NCBI GenBank assembly: GCA_018304105.1 | Contig: JAGVWX010000007.1 | Span: forward strand, 27,973 to 91,972 | Direction: 5' to 3' | Origin: Candidatus Pacearchaeota archaeon | GTDB taxonomy: Archaea > Nanobdellota > Nanobdellia > Pacearchaeales > GW2011-AR1 | DNA: 64,000 nt | In this document: positions 8,946 through 18,754 of the stretch, piece by piece | Position numbering within the stretch: the stretch's first letter is position 1 | Layout of the letters: every line of letters starts with the position of its first letter | The notes under the pieces: generated by a model | Seen by the model: only the letters and a program-made list of their open reading frames with translations | Databases searched by the model: none | What the model was told of the DNA's origin: nothing | Program-made: the position numbers and the translations under genes

Positions 8946-11387
8946 GCTGGCGCGTTTTTTAGCACGGATGCTTTGATAGCATTGATAATAATCTTTTTTA
9001 TTATTTTGGCTGCGAGACCTTTGTTTAATTATGTCCAGCCGGATTCAGAAATTAATTCGGACATTTTGACTGCGCTGTCCACGCTGAAGGTCTCTGAGCT
9101 GGACGATGCGAGCGTTCAGGCGATGATTTCTGACGGAACTATCAAGAATCCTGATAAAACTCTGATTGAGCAAATTGGGGAGTTTTATGTTTTTGATTAC
9201 CCGGACATGACAAGAGCGAGAAATCTTGCTGGAATTGCCTTGAAAGAGATAAACACCACTCAGAATTTTGGAATCTGGTACGGAGACAGTTTAATTCTTT
9301 CTAAAAACATGACGGCAATTGAAACAGCGGCGAAAGTTGATGTTGCAAAACGAAGAATTTCAGGCGTTCAGGCGGGGGAAAGTTCTGTCGGATATTCTGC
9401 GAGGGCATTCTTGTCGAGCAATTCCAGGACGAAGTATTTTTATTTTGGCGGGTATGTAGGCGATGGGAACATCTCAGTCTTAGCTAACTACGATGGAGAA
9501 ATTTCTGACAATTTGGTAATTGAGATTGCGGTGAATAAAGAATTTGATTTGTATATCAATAATATTTCGTATGGCCATTTTGACAAGACGACCAGTTCGG
9601 TTTATGAGCCAGAAAGATATATTGTTAATACCAGTTTGTTTTCGCCCGGAACGAACATTTTAGAATTCAGGGGAGACAGGCTGTTTATTGCCGGAGGATA
9701 TGTAAAAATATCTTATAGAACAGATAATTATTCTGCTGGAGAAGATTATAATTTTCCCGGAATAGACGGATTGGTAAATTTGTATGACGCTCTTTATGTT
9801 TCGGAGGATTTGGAAGGAATGGAAGTTATGCTGCATGCAAATATCACTTATCCGTTTTTCTTTAATTTCGGAAATGTCACGCTTTACAATGGAACTACAA
9901 TAGGGGAGCAGTATATCACGCTTGATAACTCCGAAATTTCCTCTTTGATTGGTGATTACGGCAACATTGAAGGAAAAATGGTACCTCTGAGGCTCGGGCT
10001 GGAAGAATTGACGGAGTATTTTTATAGGACAATAGATGTTTTTACAGTCACTGATTTGTCTTCAAGCATGAACAGACCTTGCGGCGGGTGCAGTTCTCCC
10101 AAGCCGACCTTATTTGAACTTGCCAAGGATGCTAACCGCGCTTTCATAAGAGGCGTCTTGAATTACAGCGGCAATCGCGTTGGCTTGGTTGGTTATTCTG
10201 ATGAAGCTTATCCAGCATTTTATCATAGCCTTTCAAACAATACGCAATCACTGAATGGTACAATAAACAGCTGGAATACGGTGAATAATAACTGCATTTG
10301 CTGTGGGATTAACCGGGCGGTTGAAGGTTTGACCGAAGAATCGAGCGGGTCTAAAAAAATTATGGTGGTGATGGGCGACGGAAGGCCGCAAGGAATGTGC
10401 GCAGAGCAGAATACTGGAAGCGCGGATACCGATGCGATAGAAGCCGCAAGGCAGGCTTGCGAGTATTACGGGATTGTGACGCACACTGTTGGATTTGGGC
10501 CCATCGTTGATGAAACAGTTATGATAGCAATAGCTAATGCGGGGTGCGATGGCTCTTATTATTATTCTGAAGATTCGCAGATTGTTCAGGTTTACCAAAC
10601 AATCGCCCAGGATTTGATAACTTCTTATGCTGAACAGACAGTAAGTGCTGAAGGGCTCTACACAAAATTATATCCGGATTCTTATGTCAAGTTTTCGCAT
10701 AATGCGAGCACTCTTCCCTTTGGGCTGTTTGTTACATCAGAAGTGTTGTTTGATGACGAAAACGGAGGCAGTTTTTCCATTCCGGCTGATTCTTTGCCTT
10801 TAGAAACAACAATCGTTTCTTATTCTGGAGCAAGGTGGACTGCAGAAGCCAAATTAAACGGGAACTCTGTGTTTAATCTGACTAAATATGGAACTAATTA
10901 TGTTTTAATTGGCGATCCTTATCAAATAACTCTAAAGGATTCGATAGTCTTGCCTGGTTCGAATAACTATGTTAATATAACAACAGGGGTTTCGGTGACT
11001 AACAGGTCGTCTGGGTCGGCGTTCGATAAGATAATTTATACAATCTTGAAAAATGCCAGTTCGTATTCTGAAATTAAGCCAACAGCCCAGGGTTGCATAT
11101 GGAATATACAATTCGAGGACGGTTCTTATCTTTCTAATTTAAGAGTTCCTTCCGACTATCTCGACGCGGACAACTGCGTTTATGATAGCGTAGGCCTTGG
11201 AGAAATAGCCAATAGCAACGACGTTTATCAACTGGCGGTGCTCTCTCTTTTAAGGGACGTTGATTTAGACGATGATGGGATGGTTGACATATTTCTGAAC
11301 GAAAGAGATTTGGATATTACGCTGAGCGAGATAGACGGAATTCCTTTTCCTTTTGATACGGAGGTGCAGGTAAGAACATGGTCGTGA
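8874..11387 (+). CDS. Large VWA-domain protein with class III-like signal peptide (pilus adhesin-like)
   Basis: AG/AFFSTDAL + TM; MIDAS-like DLSSSM, VMGDG, HTVGFG; SD ggaggt at 8864. Confidence 0.85.
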   Translation: MKKDITRRLFSNKISYNFLRRSNRAGAFFSTDALIALIIIFFIILAARPLFNYVQPDSEINSDILTALSTLKVSELDDASVQAMISDGTIKNPDKTLIEQIGEFYVFDYPDMTRARNLAGIALKEINTTQNFGIWYGDSLILSKNMTAIETAAKVDVAKRRISGVQAGESSVGYSARAFLSSNSRTKYFYFGGYVGDGNISVLANYDGEISDNLVIEIAVNKEFDLYINNISYGHFDKTTSSVYEPERYIVNTSLFSPGTNILEFRGDRLFIAGGYVKISYRTDNYSAGEDYNFPGIDGLVNLYDALYVSEDLEGMEVMLHANITYPFFFNFGNVTLYNGTTIGEQYITLDNSEISSLIGDYGNIEGKMVPLRLGLEELTEYFYRTIDVFTVTDLSSSMNRPCGGCSSPKPTLFELAKDANRAFIRGVLNYSGNRVGLVGYSDEAYPAFYHSLSNNTQSLNGTINSWNTVNNNCICCGINRAVEGLTEESSGSKKIMVVMGDGRPQGMCAEQNTGSADTDAIEAARQACEYYGIVTHTVGFGPIVDETVMIAIANAGCDGSYYYSEDSQIVQVYQTIAQDLITSYAEQTVSAEGLYTKLYPDSYVKFSHNASTLPFGLFVTSEVLFDDENGGSFSIPADSLPLETTIVSYSGARWTAEAKLNGNSVFNLTKYGTNYVLIGDPYQITLKDSIVLPGSNNYVNITTGVSVTNRSSGSAFDKIIYTILKNASSYSEIKPTAQGCIWNIQFEDGSYLSNLRVPSDYLDADNCVYDSVGLGEIANSNDVYQLAVLSLLRDVDLDDDGMVDIFLNERDLDITLSEIDGIPFPFDTEVQVRTWS

Positions 11388-12316
11388 AAAATAAAAAAGG
11401 GATTTTCTTTTTGATGCTGACTTTGATTATAATCTCTCTTTTTCTTTTGTCGGTGACTTTCTTTTCAGAGATGGCTTTGAGAAAGAGCGTGCAGAAAAGA
11501 GTTGAAACGCTGAGCGATTTTGTCAAGGCAACCGAAGACGATTTGCCAAGGCAGCTTTTCATAACAGGATTCAGGACGGTTTTTGTTGTTCAGAGAAATA
11601 TTGTTGCAAGCGGAAATTATCCGAGTGAAACTGTTGAGGAAACTTTTAAGGAAGCATTTTTTAATGGAACTGTCGAAGGCAATGCCGAACCCATTCTGTT
11701 TGGAGCAACGTATGATGATTTGGTTTCTGATGTGCAGAGCCGGGCGAGGGAGATAAGCGCGGATGTTCAGTTTTCCAACGCAAGTGTTTCTCTCAGCCAG
11801 GAAGATCCTTGGAATATTAAGATAGATTTTGTTGCTGGCTTTTATGCTTCTGATATAAATCATCTGGCTTCATGGAACAAAACACTGCATTCTGTTTCTT
11901 ATATTCGAATCAGCAATTTTTCTGACCCGCTTTATTTGCTGAACGGCTTTCAGGAAAGAAAAATTATTGAGACGCCTTATCTGAATTTTCCTTCGGAACT
12001 GCAACAGCATGTGGGCGATTGCGGGGCGGAATGTTCTTATTATATGGCCCGCGTTGGAGCGCCGAGCTTCATTGACAGACTTGAAGGCAATTATTTGGTT
12101 CTAAAATATCCGAATGAAGGGATAGAATCTCTCGTTTATTTCCCGGCGTTTCCGAATCCACCAGGACCTCCGTATAATTCAAGGTCGGTGGTTGATTATC
12201 TTTATTTCAATGATCCTACTTCTGGAGATTGTTCTCTTCCGGGGGTTTATTCCTGGTTTTGGCTGGACACTGAGCATCTGGATGATTATGGTTTTACTCT
12301 GAGTGATTGCTCTTAA
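11378..12316 (+). CDS. Class III signal peptide protein (minor pilin-like)
   Basis: KNKKG/IFF followed by a hydrophobic helix; overlaps the previous stop. Confidence 0.8.
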   Translation: MVVKNKKGIFFLMLTLIIISLFLLSVTFFSEMALRKSVQKRVETLSDFVKATEDDLPRQLFITGFRTVFVVQRNIVASGNYPSETVEETFKEAFFNGTVEGNAEPILFGATYDDLVSDVQSRAREISADVQFSNASVSLSQEDPWNIKIDFVAGFYASDINHLASWNKTLHSVSYIRISNFSDPLYLLNGFQERKIIETPYLNFPSELQQHVGDCGAECSYYMARVGAPSFIDRLEGNYLVLKYPNEGIESLVYFPAFPNPPGPPYNSRSVVDYLYFNDPTSGDCSLPGVYSWFWLDTEHLDDYGFTLSDCS

Positions 12317-12333
12317 TTGTTTTGAGTTTTACG

Positions 12334-12960
12334 CTAAGTTGTGCAAACCAGTTTTGTTGGAATTGTTTCTTTTATTGAGTTGCATGTCAAGTTTTTGTCT
12401 GCATTCTCTCCTTGGAATTCCATAGATTTCCTGAATGTTTCAATCTCCCTGGGAGAAAGGGTTTGAGACACTAAGGCTGAATCAAGAATGTTGCTTTCTG
12501 TTTCAAAGAAGTTGAATCTTATTTCAAACAGGCCTGTTGCATCGCGGTCCAGATTTTGCACAGTAAGAGCGCAGTCTACAGTTTTTTTAGCGCATGTTGG
12601 GCCTTGGTATTCTGTGCAATTTGAGAATTTTGAAGGATTTGTAAGTGAGTATGAAATTAATGTTTCCTGGCAATTTGATGAAGAGCTGGAGTCGCTTGCA
12701 GTGCTGCCAGAGCTTTCACCACCGCTGCTGCTACCGCTTGAACTGCTGCCGCCCCCGCCGCCGGAACCCGAGCCAGAATTTTGCGAGCCATCTTCTGAGT
12801 TTTCATTGCCTGAATTGGAGTTGCTCAAGGAATCCTGGCCGTCATTTTTTGAAGAAAACACTTTTTGTATGGATTCGTCAAGGTTTAATTTCAGGGAAAT
12901 GTAAAGAAGTCCAGCTAGGATTATTAACACTAAACCGACAATAACATATGACTTTCTCAT
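12334..12960 (-). CDS. Membrane-anchored protein with Ser/Gly linker and Cys-containing C-domain
   Basis: N-terminal TM, low-complexity linker; start could be upstream (13005). Confidence 0.75.
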   Translation of the reverse strand: MRKSYVIVGLVLIILAGLLYISLKLNLDESIQKVFSSKNDGQDSLSNSNSGNENSEDGSQNSGSGSGGGGGSSSSGSSSGGESSGSTASDSSSSSNCQETLISYSLTNPSKFSNCTEYQGPTCAKKTVDCALTVQNLDRDATGLFEIRFNFFETESNILDSALVSQTLSPREIETFRKSMEFQGENADKNLTCNSIKETIPTKLVCTT

Positions 12961-13010
12961 CTCTTTCTGTTTTTTGAGGGAAAGGCGGTTAAAAAATGTT
13001 TTCAATGATG

Positions 13011-13170
13011 CAGCTTTGTTGAAAATCTTTTAGAATTATTTTACTCGCAGCCACGCTCGAAATTTATTTATTGAGTGCTCTCGCGTAACTGCTCGCCCTA
13101 TCCTCGCCCAAATTCCTTCGCCCCTAATCAATATAATAAAACCTACAACTTAGACTTTTTTAACAAAGCT
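13011..13170. mobile_element. MITE-like modular element (copy A2)
   Basis: agctttgttgaaaa...ttttaacaaagct inverted ends; ctcgcagccacgc..gcgtaac module. Confidence 0.7.
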
Positions 13171-13272
13171 CGAAGACGATAGAAACATTTTTTCATTCTT
13201 GAAAAATCAAAATATTTATAAACTGGAAATCCTTTTGGAAACCAGATAATCAATAATCAAAAGGAGGTAAAT

Positions 13273-13696
13273 ATGAAAACAAAAGGACAGGCTTGTCATT
13301 GGAGTTCTGGCTATTTACTTTAGGCCTAGTAATCTTGTTTCGGAGACAGCTTTATTAAATGCGCCATTCAATGTGGTCTCTCAAGTTGTCACACCGACTG
13401 AATTCGATGTGGAATTTAGAAATGGGGGTGGAGAAACTTATACTACTATGAGTGTTGCTTTTACTTTCAATAGTCCAAGCACAATAACTTGTGTGCCGAC
13501 GCCGGTTTTATCAGCTACCCAAGGTGGTACGGCAGTAACAACGATGACGTCTGGACAAACAGCGTTTATACGTTGCACTTATAGTGCTGCGCAAACTGCA
13601 GGGACTACGATTGATGGAGACTTAGCCATAACATACACAAGGCCTGGTGCTACTATACCTTTGACTACAACAGGGACCGTCACAGGAAAGGCATAA
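13273..13696 (+). pseudogene. Pilin gene with frameshifting deletion in the N-terminal helix
   Basis: SD aggaggt + MKTKGQA, then VIGVLAIYFRP... continues in another frame; most of the pilin helix is absent. Confidence 0.7.
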
Positions 13697-13833
13697 ATTT
13701 AATTTATTTTTTATTTTTAATTCGTTAATAAATATTGAAGGAAAGAGCCAATGATATGAGGCGAAAAGTAGTTTTTCTGGATTGTTGGTTGTTGTTCTGA
13801 GTTGTTGAATGAAGGAAACAACGTGTGCTTGTG

Positions 13834-14208
13834 TTAATGCTTATATCCAAAGACTTTATCGTAGTCTTTATGGTCATAGATGTCAAGAACGAAAGTAATT
13901 ATTTCAATTTGGTTTCCCGTTATTGTGTAAACCAATCTCCACCTATTTGCCAACTCAATTCTCCAGATATTTTCCGCATCGTATCTTTCAGAATATTTGC
14001 GTGGCATTTGCCTCTTTGGAACTTGGTCTCCTGCAAACGGATTTTCTTTAAGCAAAGTTCTTACTCTTAAAATTGATCTAAGCAAAGTTTGATGAAACGA
14101 GCTTTCGATTCCTTTTTGTCTCTCTTCTTTAACAAGTTTATCTAGCTCTTCAAACATTTCATTTGCTTCTTCAGAAAGTTTTACAATAACCTCTTTTCCT
14201 TGAAACAT
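13834..14208 (-). CDS. RelE/ParE-like toxin-family protein
   Basis: IWRIELANRWRLVYTI motif; DHKDYDKVFGY C-terminus. Confidence 0.7.
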   Translation of the reverse strand: MFQGKEVIVKLSEEANEMFEELDKLVKEERQKGIESSFHQTLLRSILRVRTLLKENPFAGDQVPKRQMPRKYSERYDAENIWRIELANRWRLVYTITGNQIEIITFVLDIYDHKDYDKVFGYKH

Positions 14209-14477
14209 TATATTTCTCTTCCTTTTTCTATTTCTTTTTTGAGTTTGGGGCTTGGATTGTAAACCCAGAGAATTCCTTTATGGCTATCAGCAATAAAGCC
14301 CTTCTCTTCCAAATATTGAAGGATTAAGTTAAGAGTTTGGTGCATTATCTTTACGGGTAGCCTTCTTTTTATTTCTTCTCTGTCTATGGAAGTATCTGCT
14401 TCTTTCAGTACTTTTTCTACCATTAGCATTGTCTTCAATGTTGGATAATGGATTATGCTTTTATTATATAAGTCCAT
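14208..14477 (-). CDS. Small winged-helix protein, putative partner of the RelE-like gene
   Basis: HTH-like; overlaps the start of the downstream toxin-like gene. Confidence 0.65.
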   Translation of the reverse strand: MDLYNKSIIHYPTLKTMLMVEKVLKEADTSIDREEIKRRLPVKIMHQTLNLILQYLEEKGFIADSHKGILWVYNPSPKLKKEIEKGREI

Positions 14478-14694
14478 ATTATATTTTATATGTATTCATA
14501 TATAAACGTTTTGTTCTACGAGTTTCGTCCACCTAGCCTTACACGAAAAGATACCATACTAACTTGCAGTCATATGCTGAGATTGATTGGATTTTGGTGG
14601 TACATAACGCGCTTATTGCTTCAATATTGGAAGAGCGAGTTTTTCAAAAGTCGTTAAAGACAAAATATAAAAAGAGTTTCTAATTAGTTTTTTT

Positions 14695-15033
14695 ATGGCG
14701 GATAAAATTGGACGTGAGGATTTTGCGAAGCTGGATTTGAGAGTTGGGGAGATAAAAAGCGTTGAAGCGCACCCGAATGCGGACAAGCTGCTTGTGCTCA
14801 AAGTTGACCTTGGAGAGGGAGAAGAAAGAACGATTGTTGCTGGATTGAAGAAGTATTACGAGACAGACGAGCTTATTGGGAAGAAAGCAATTTTTGTTGC
14901 GAATTTAGAGTCCGCTAAATTGCGCGGAATTGAAAGCAATGGAATGATTCTTGCGGCAGTTAACGAAGACCATTCTGAAGTTAAAATATTAATGGTTGAT
15001 GGTGACATGGAGCCTGGGACCAGGATTAGTTAG
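14695..15033 (+). CDS. Stand-alone tRNA-binding OB-fold (Trbp111 / MetRS C-terminal domain)
   Basis: DLRVGEI..HPNADKL..RTIVAG..GIESNGMILAA. Confidence 0.92.
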   Translation: MADKIGREDFAKLDLRVGEIKSVEAHPNADKLLVLKVDLGEGEERTIVAGLKKYYETDELIGKKAIFVANLESAKLRGIESNGMILAAVNEDHSEVKILMVDGDMEPGTRIS

Positions 15034-15063
15034 GTTTTTATATTATTATCTTGTGGGTTTTTC

Positions 15064-15378
15064 ATGATATTGAAACCAACGAGAGATATTGTTGAGAAAG
15101 TTGCTGGAGCAGTCTTAAGGGCAGATAAAAAATTAGAAGATGCAAGAGGAGAATTGCAAGATGATTATTTTCGTTTGAGATCTTATTTGGCAAATGGTCT
15201 TGGGGAGAATGGCCAGGTTTTTGTATGCAGGGTGCGGGCAAGATATAATTCCGGAAGCAGAAATTTTTATTACAGGTTTGCAGGAGAATGGGCTCAAAGA
15301 AATTATGACCTTTGTTGGCATGCATTAGGTTTTGCGCTGAAACAGAATCAAGACCGTGTTGGGGTGCCAGGGATTTAG
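15064..15378 (+). CDS. Hypothetical protein
   Basis: Fills the gap between two genes; ATG start. Confidence 0.55.
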   Translation: MILKPTRDIVEKVAGAVLRADKKLEDARGELQDDYFRLRSYLANGLGENGQVFVCRVRARYNSGSRNFYYRFAGEWAQRNYDLCWHALGFALKQNQDRVGVPGI

Positions 15379-16133
15379 TATTTTCCGAATAATCTGTCGA
15401 AGAAGCTTGGCCTACCGTCGTACTGAATGCCTTCCATTCTCGCGGCGATTCTTTTGTAAGCAAGAGCTGGGCGGGATTTTGGAAATGTATGAACGAGAGC
15501 GTCTTTCATGACGAGAGATTGCTGGACTCTTTCGTCTTCAGGAATGACTCCAAGAATTGGGAGCTCGAGCATTTCTGCGATGTTCGAAATAGGCATTTGG
15601 GTTTTGGAATTGTATTTTACCCTTGCCACGATGACTCCCTTGACTGTTTTTCCAAGCTGTTCTATTAATTTAGAAGTTTTTAGAGCGTCAGTGACTGCTG
15701 GGATTTCAGGGTTTGTGACGATTATTAATTCATCTGCTGCCTCCATCGCAGCGATTGCTTCTTCTCCAAGGCCTGCAGCGGAGTCGAAAATTATGATGTC
15801 TGCCATTTTTCTTAGTTTTTTCCCGACTTCTTTCAATCTTTTATGGTTTATTCTCCTTAGTTCGTTTACTGAAAGAGAAGAGGGGATTATTTTTGTGCCT
15901 GATTCGTGCTCATAAATCGCGTCTTCAATCTTTGCTTTTCCAAGAAGGACGTGGTTTAAACTTATCGGGACTATTGGTGCGCCTAAATGGAGGCCGACAT
16001 TGGGAGTTGTTAGGTTTGCATCTACAATTATTACATTTTTTCCGAAGGAATTAAGGGCAGCTGCGAGATTTATAGAGGTAGTTGTTTTCCCAACGCCGCC
16101 TTTTCCAGATGTTATCGTTATAAGTTTGCTCAT
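15375..16133 (-). CDS. minD: MinD/ParA-family ATPase
   Basis: SGKGGVGKTT, DANL, C-terminal amphipathic SFFDRLFG. Confidence 0.92.
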   Translation of the reverse strand: MSKLITITSGKGGVGKTTTSINLAAALNSFGKNVIIVDANLTTPNVGLHLGAPIVPISLNHVLLGKAKIEDAIYEHESGTKIIPSSLSVNELRRINHKRLKEVGKKLRKMADIIIFDSAAGLGEEAIAAMEAADELIIVTNPEIPAVTDALKTSKLIEQLGKTVKGVIVARVKYNSKTQMPISNIAEMLELPILGVIPEDERVQQSLVMKDALVHTFPKSRPALAYKRIAARMEGIQYDGRPSFFDRLFGKY

Positions 16134-16167
16134 TCTGTATACTAGTTCTACCTAGAAGTAAGACAAC

Positions 16168-16518
16168 TTATTTGATATAGCTTATAAACCTTTCTAGCGT
16201 CGCTGCGTATTCTTTCAGTTGATTGAGATTTATATTTACGATTTTATCTCGGTAAGTTACCTTGAGGTTCACGCCTTTTCTGAATTCGTTTTCGCGGAAA
16301 ATGCTTTTCAGCTGGATTAGTTTTGCTCTCGGCGCATCCGGAATTGGTTTCCATTTTTTATCTTTTTTGGCTTTTGCGACTAGGCGGTCCATGCCTTGTT
16401 CTATCATATTTTTCCATCTTGAAAGTAAATTAATAATTACGTCACAAGTTTTTGTGTATTTCAGACTTACGTAAAGAAGATGGTCGGCGCTTATTTTTTC
16501 TTTTATGATTGCTTCCAT
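16168..16518 (-). CDS. Conserved hypothetical protein
   Basis: ADHLLYVSLKYTKTCDV N-terminus; co-oriented with minD. Confidence 0.65.
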   Translation of the reverse strand: MEAIIKEKISADHLLYVSLKYTKTCDVIINLLSRWKNMIEQGMDRLVAKAKKDKKWKPIPDAPRAKLIQLKSIFRENEFRKGVNLKVTYRDKIVNINLNQLKEYAATLERFISYIK

Positions 16519-16598
16519 TAGAAAGATATCTCTACAAAAAATCCATTTTTTAGGTAGGAATACTAGAGTAATAGTTGTTTAAATAGTTTTCGCGAAGA

Positions 16599-16741
16599 GG
16601 AGATTAGTTGAAAATCTTTTTAATTAATTATTTTGCACCCACCCTCCCGCCCAGATTGTCCGCAAAGCTATCGCTTTTCGGTAATTCATTGCAAAATAAT
16701 ATGTTTGTCTGTGACTTTTTCAACAAAGACTCTGGGAGATT
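16599..16741. mobile_element. MITE-like modular element (copy A3) with G4 motif
   Basis: gttgaaaa..ttttcaac ends; ggagatt at 16599 and 16735; cccaccctcccgccc at 16638. Confidence 0.7.
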
Positions 16742-18589
16742 TTAGATTTTCTTTAATTTTCTTGCGAGATTTTCTGTTTCGTTTAAGAGAGATTCAATTT
16801 CGTTTAGTCCTTGAAGCCAGAAATCTTTTTTTGAAATGTCAATTCCAAGATTTAAGAAGATGTTTTTTGGAGAGTCTGAAGTTCCCGCGGAAAGGAACTC
16901 TTTGACCTTTTCTATGAACTTAGGATTTTGTTTGACTTTTGACTGGAGGGATTTTGAAATCAGCTCGCCCGAGACGTAAGAGTAAACGTAGAAAATGTAT
17001 CTGAAGTGCGGGACGTAAATCCACCAATTGTCCGACGATGAAGTGTCGACGAATTCTCCCAGATATGAGGACATATGCTCTTTGAATAATTCTCCAATGT
17101 TTTCTTTTGAGAGGTATCCTTTTTTTCTGAACTCTCCATGGAGTTGGGTTTCAAAATTATAAAATGCAGTTTGTCGAAAGATTGAAGCGATTTCGCCGTT
17201 GAGTTTTTCCATGAGAATTGAGAGCCTTGTTTCTTCGTCCGATTCTTTAAGGAGCTCTTGCAAGACGAAGTCTTCCATGAAAGTTGAAGCGACTTCTGCC
17301 GTTGACTTCGGAGTTTCGAAATACAGCGAATGTTGTTTTTCTCTCATCAGCTCATTGTTGATGCCGTGACCGACTTCGTGAGCGATTGTTGTAACGTCTT
17401 TTAGGGAGTTAGTGTGATTTAACATTATGTAAGTCGGCTGTGTTATGAGCATGTGAGTGCAGAAAGCACCGTTTCTTTTTCCTTTTCTTGGAAATGCGTC
17501 AATCTGGCCGTTTTTCAGATACATTTCGAAAATATCCAGGAATTTTTTGTCTAAAGATGAGAAAGTTTTTTTGACAAGTTCAATCGATTCTTCGAATTTG
17601 TATTTGGCTTTTTTCTTTCCGTAAGGAATATTTTTTTCGTAATATTGAAGTTTTTTTAAACCGAGCAATTTAGCTTTGAGCTTGTAAAATCTTTTTGAAA
17701 TGTCGAATCGGGAAGTGACTGCTTGAATCACCGTGTCAACGATTTCGGTTTCGATGTCGTCGTCCAGATGTCTTGCCTGGTCTGCACGGGAGAATTTTCT
17801 CAGCGAGTCGTTTGTTTTTTTGTTTGAGAGGATTGCATTGATTTCAGGTTCTGCTATTTCGGCGTATTGTTCGAAAATTTCCATTAACGCTTTGTTTGCT
17901 TCTTTCCTTGTCTCTTGGTTTGTATCGTCAAGCAATCCGAGAAGGTCTGAGAAATTTTTTGTTTGTTTTTTCCCTTCCATCATTATTTCTCTTTCTTGTT
18001 TGGCTAACAAGCCAGAAGTTAGTCTTTCCCAGAAATCATGAGAAGTAGATTCTTTTAACGTTAAAACTTTTTCTTCGCCTTCTGACAAGAGATGTTTAGC
18101 TTCCTGGAAAGCTCTTTCTAGATGATGCTTGTAATCTTTGAGTTCTTCTGAAGAAAGGAATTTTTGCTGGTCTTTTTCTGGAATTTTAGCAATGTTAAGC
18201 ATGAAGAACTTTTTTGAATTTCTCAATTCTTTTTCGAGCTCTTCTATTTTGTTGAGCTTTGCTTTTATTTCCGGATTTGCCTGGTCTAATTCGTATTTGA
18301 GGGCGAAATAAAATCCAGGAGAGCCGGAGTTTCCGAAGTTTCTTGAAAGCTCCTCGAGTTCATCAAGAGATTGTTTTAGGATTTTTGGCTCTTGAAGATA
18401 ATCTTGCCTTTTGGACCATTTTTGAACAAACTTGGAGTTTGCTTGTTTTACCTTCTCGAGTTCTGTTTCTATTCTTGGGTCGTTGTCTGAATTGAGAAGC
18501 GGGGAAAGATCCCAAGATGTTTGCCACGGGCAAACTTCGCGACGTTTTCCGATGGAAACACGTCCAGATGTTTTTATTTGAGGAGCCAT
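16742..18589 (-). CDS. pepF: Oligoendopeptidase F (M3B)
   Basis: WDLS N-terminus, GKRNGAFC, HEVGH zinc motif, AEVAS, YVYSY. Confidence 0.95.
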   Translation of the reverse strand: MAPQIKTSGRVSIGKRREVCPWQTSWDLSPLLNSDNDPRIETELEKVKQANSKFVQKWSKRQDYLQEPKILKQSLDELEELSRNFGNSGSPGFYFALKYELDQANPEIKAKLNKIEELEKELRNSKKFFMLNIAKIPEKDQQKFLSSEELKDYKHHLERAFQEAKHLLSEGEEKVLTLKESTSHDFWERLTSGLLAKQEREIMMEGKKQTKNFSDLLGLLDDTNQETRKEANKALMEIFEQYAEIAEPEINAILSNKKTNDSLRKFSRADQARHLDDDIETEIVDTVIQAVTSRFDISKRFYKLKAKLLGLKKLQYYEKNIPYGKKKAKYKFEESIELVKKTFSSLDKKFLDIFEMYLKNGQIDAFPRKGKRNGAFCTHMLITQPTYIMLNHTNSLKDVTTIAHEVGHGINNELMREKQHSLYFETPKSTAEVASTFMEDFVLQELLKESDEETRLSILMEKLNGEIASIFRQTAFYNFETQLHGEFRKKGYLSKENIGELFKEHMSSYLGEFVDTSSSDNWWIYVPHFRYIFYVYSYVSGELISKSLQSKVKQNPKFIEKVKEFLSAGTSDSPKNIFLNLGIDISKKDFWLQGLNEIESLLNETENLARKLKKI

Positions 18590-18754
18590 TTGCTAATGAA
18601 AGCAGAAGAGTTTATAAAAATTGGTAATTCTGAGATGAAGATAATTAGAACAAAATAGCCAAAATATTTGTAATGCCGACGGTAATTACTGATAACGTTC
18701 TTGTCAGATGTCCCAGTATTTTGAGATTAATTTGGATATTTTTGTCTTTTGGTT

